Below the pieces are notes generated by a model. The model did not search any database, had not been told where the DNA came from, and was given only the letters and a program-made list of their open reading frames with translations. A stretch of 63,982 nt of DNA, the filler included, from Choristocarpus tenellus KU-1152 (taxonomy: Eukaryota > Protista > Phaeophyceae), in the NCBI GenBank assembly GCA_964200185.2. It is 10 parts of 10 records of this genome, joined end to end, with 100 filler letters (N's around TTAATTAATTAA, not from the genome) between each part and the next. Parts side by side here need not be neighbours in the genome. Positions count along the whole stretch, not along the records: positions 60,793 to 63,982 come from CAXNAD020021667.1; 9 more parts are not named here. One strand, written 5' to 3'. Both the position numbers and the translations under genes were made by a program. Shown here one piece after another: positions 62,057 through 63,982 of the stretch; position 1 is the stretch's first letter, and each line of letters begins with the position of its first letter.

Positions 62057-63575
62057 CTTGTTTAGTCTTCATCTTGCCATACGTCTTGGACTTCACCTTT
62101 TCCCCAGCTTTGCGTGTCCTTTCTGTCTTTGGTTTTCCAAGGGACTTCTTACTCCTTGCTGGTGAACTCCTCCCTTCTTTGCCTTCGATCTTTTTTGAAC
62201 GAACTTTCTTTTTCTTTCGCATCTTCTTGGAAGGCGTGCGGACTCTGATAGCACAAAGGTACAACCAGATGATGGAACGAGACATCCAAAATGAATCTTC
62301 AGTCATGGGATAAAACTGTAGCGCAAGGACTCAGGAAAACATTCAGCACCCCAGAGTAGCACTCGATGAGCTGTAACTAATTTTTCAGTCAGATCTGCCT
62401 TGTTCATTCCATAACAGTGTTTGCTTTGAGTAATTTATCGATTTCGAATTCTCAATGAGGGAAATATTTCATGTGGCAACAGGACACATCATCTGCACTT
62501 GATCCAACCCCTACCAATCCTTGCTGACTTGACTTTCTAGACAAGAGGCCGAATTTGACTGTTCTGGTCCCATCCCCAAGGTAGAAGTTCCGGAAGAAAT
62601 GTTGATTGCCATGTTGAGAGGGGTCCATCAGATCCATATCTTTGATGTGAGCACGGTTCACCTAGGCAACAGAAAATGGTGGTATTGAATGGCATGAGAT
62701 CAAACACCAATGTATCTGAGTCGAGAATGGTTTTCTTGGGCATAACAGGAGTCTATGAAAACTGCTTTTGCATGTATCAGTTTCCAATCTTCTAAAGTTA
62801 ACCACCCAGTACTGTGCGATAAAATGAAAACTTAAAGCACACGTGGAATAGTTCATTCATTGCAAAGGTTAGACTATAAATTGATCCGGTACAAATGACA
62901 CATTCCCAGCCACTGAGGCAGACGCCTCTCACCCTGTCCAGCCTCAAAATGGCCTGGAAAATGGCCCGATCACCAGGGTCACCCAGATTGAGCGAATAGT
63001 GTCCAGTTGGTGCAAATGGATTGAAATAAGTTGATTCTTCGATTCGGTGGCTAAGAGCAGCCTCCTCCACTACAGTCAGTTGTCCTAGGATTCCATATCT
63101 TGAATGGCATTGACATATAGTTTGTAAACGCAGGGTTTGTTGTTGGTGGAGATGAGATTGATTGGAATGAATAATAACTTAATTGCTGATTTTTTCTCAC
63201 AAAGCACGTGTTGCTTCAATATCAGCCTGTGCTAAAGAGTGATCGGAGAACAGAGGATGATCACTACACAAGTGTCTGTCATATCAAGGCCTCTAACAAT
63301 GAAACCTACACACCATATGCAACTAAATCTGGAGTATTTTCCAAGTTACTTTGTAGAATAATACTTTCCACCCAGCGAGGGTCTTCACCGCCTCTTTTCT
63401 GATGCACTATACTCTACCTTTCGAATTTGATACGTGGTATGTAAGAAGGACTCAACATGGCTAGACCTTCTACTGCTACCAACCACTTATGGATATGCGA
63501 TACACTCTCAGGAAAACAATAAACTCTGTGTGTTCCTTTCATGATCTGATACATGCTGAGGCACTTCCCTTCCAC
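62057..63575 (-). CDS. Uncharacterised multi-exon protein with an 'FNP..PTGHY.L.L..P.DR' motif; possibly degenerate
   Basis: Exon-like segments ~63575-63418, ~63085-62922 (HRIEESTYFNPFAPTGHYSLNLGDPGDRAIF), ~62662-62550 (DPSQHGNQHFFRN) and a Lys-rich segment ~62320-62057. Splice phases not all resolved. Confidence 0.5.
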
Positions 63576-63925
63576 CTGAATTACATATCTGAACCACAAT
63601 GTAAAATAGCAAATGTTCTCTCTTCTATAATAGCAAGTAATGCACTGTTTGCACCAATCAGAGACGGTGGGGAGAACTTGAGATAGTCCGTTTTCTCTGA
63701 CCCCAAGGGGTTTGCTCCTGTCAAGTATTTGGAAACTCCTTCTCACCTTTGCTGGACCTTACTTCTAGGCATTTTCACAAAAATAAGTCATTTTCAAGCG
63801 TGCACCTTCCCTTTTGCCGTTAACATCATTCTTGTTGTGTAGAGCAAGAGGGCATATGACAGACACCATATATTTTTCTTGAAACAAACTTTTGGGCGTT
63901 GGTAGCATGGAAATGTATCCCTGAT

Positions 63926-63982
63926 TGAGTGAATGTATCTTAGAGGGTACGAGTTTTGCCCTGTTTGTCCATTTGGGGCTTG
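63926..63982 (+). mobile_element. MITE family A, left end (runs off the window)
   Basis: GAGTGAATGTATCTTAGAGGGTACGAGTTTTGCCCTGTTTGTCCATTTGGGGCTTG. Confidence 0.85.

Overview
Intron-rich eukaryotic genomic DNA. Gene content, TTAGGG repeats and exon/intron style suggest a photosynthetic stramenopile such as a brown alga or relative; this is inference. The window is ten contigs joined by nine identical 100-bp linkers (N44-TTAATTAATTAA-N44), so most genes are truncated and adjacency across linkers is not guaranteed. Spliced genes were reconstructed by hand. Apparently complete: a TMLHE/BBOX-family 2OG-Fe(II) dioxygenase and a probably plastid-targeted GNAT acetyltransferase. Partial: an EVQ/FN3-repeat surface protein (5' part), a class-3 lipase, a divergent SMC2-like ATPase head with a His H-loop (3' part), a VDAC porin largely missed by the ORF track, a SAM-dependent methyltransferase, gamma-tubulin complex component GCP5, a chalcone-isomerase-like exon, a kelch-repeat protein, a large helical protein (possibly the ATR N-terminus) and an uncharacterised 'FNP..PTGHY' protein. 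The repeats include two 5'-truncated RLE-type (CRE-like) non-LTR retrotransposons with a hairpin-rich shared 3' region, three MITE/foldback families (two share an AAAGTATCT TIR core), minisatellites and interstitial telomere repeats. I cannot claim a new system with confidence. The best leads are the SMC2-like paralog, the CRE-like element architecture, recurrent GC-AG introns, the MITE families and a branch-point-bearing minisatellite in a VDAC intron.
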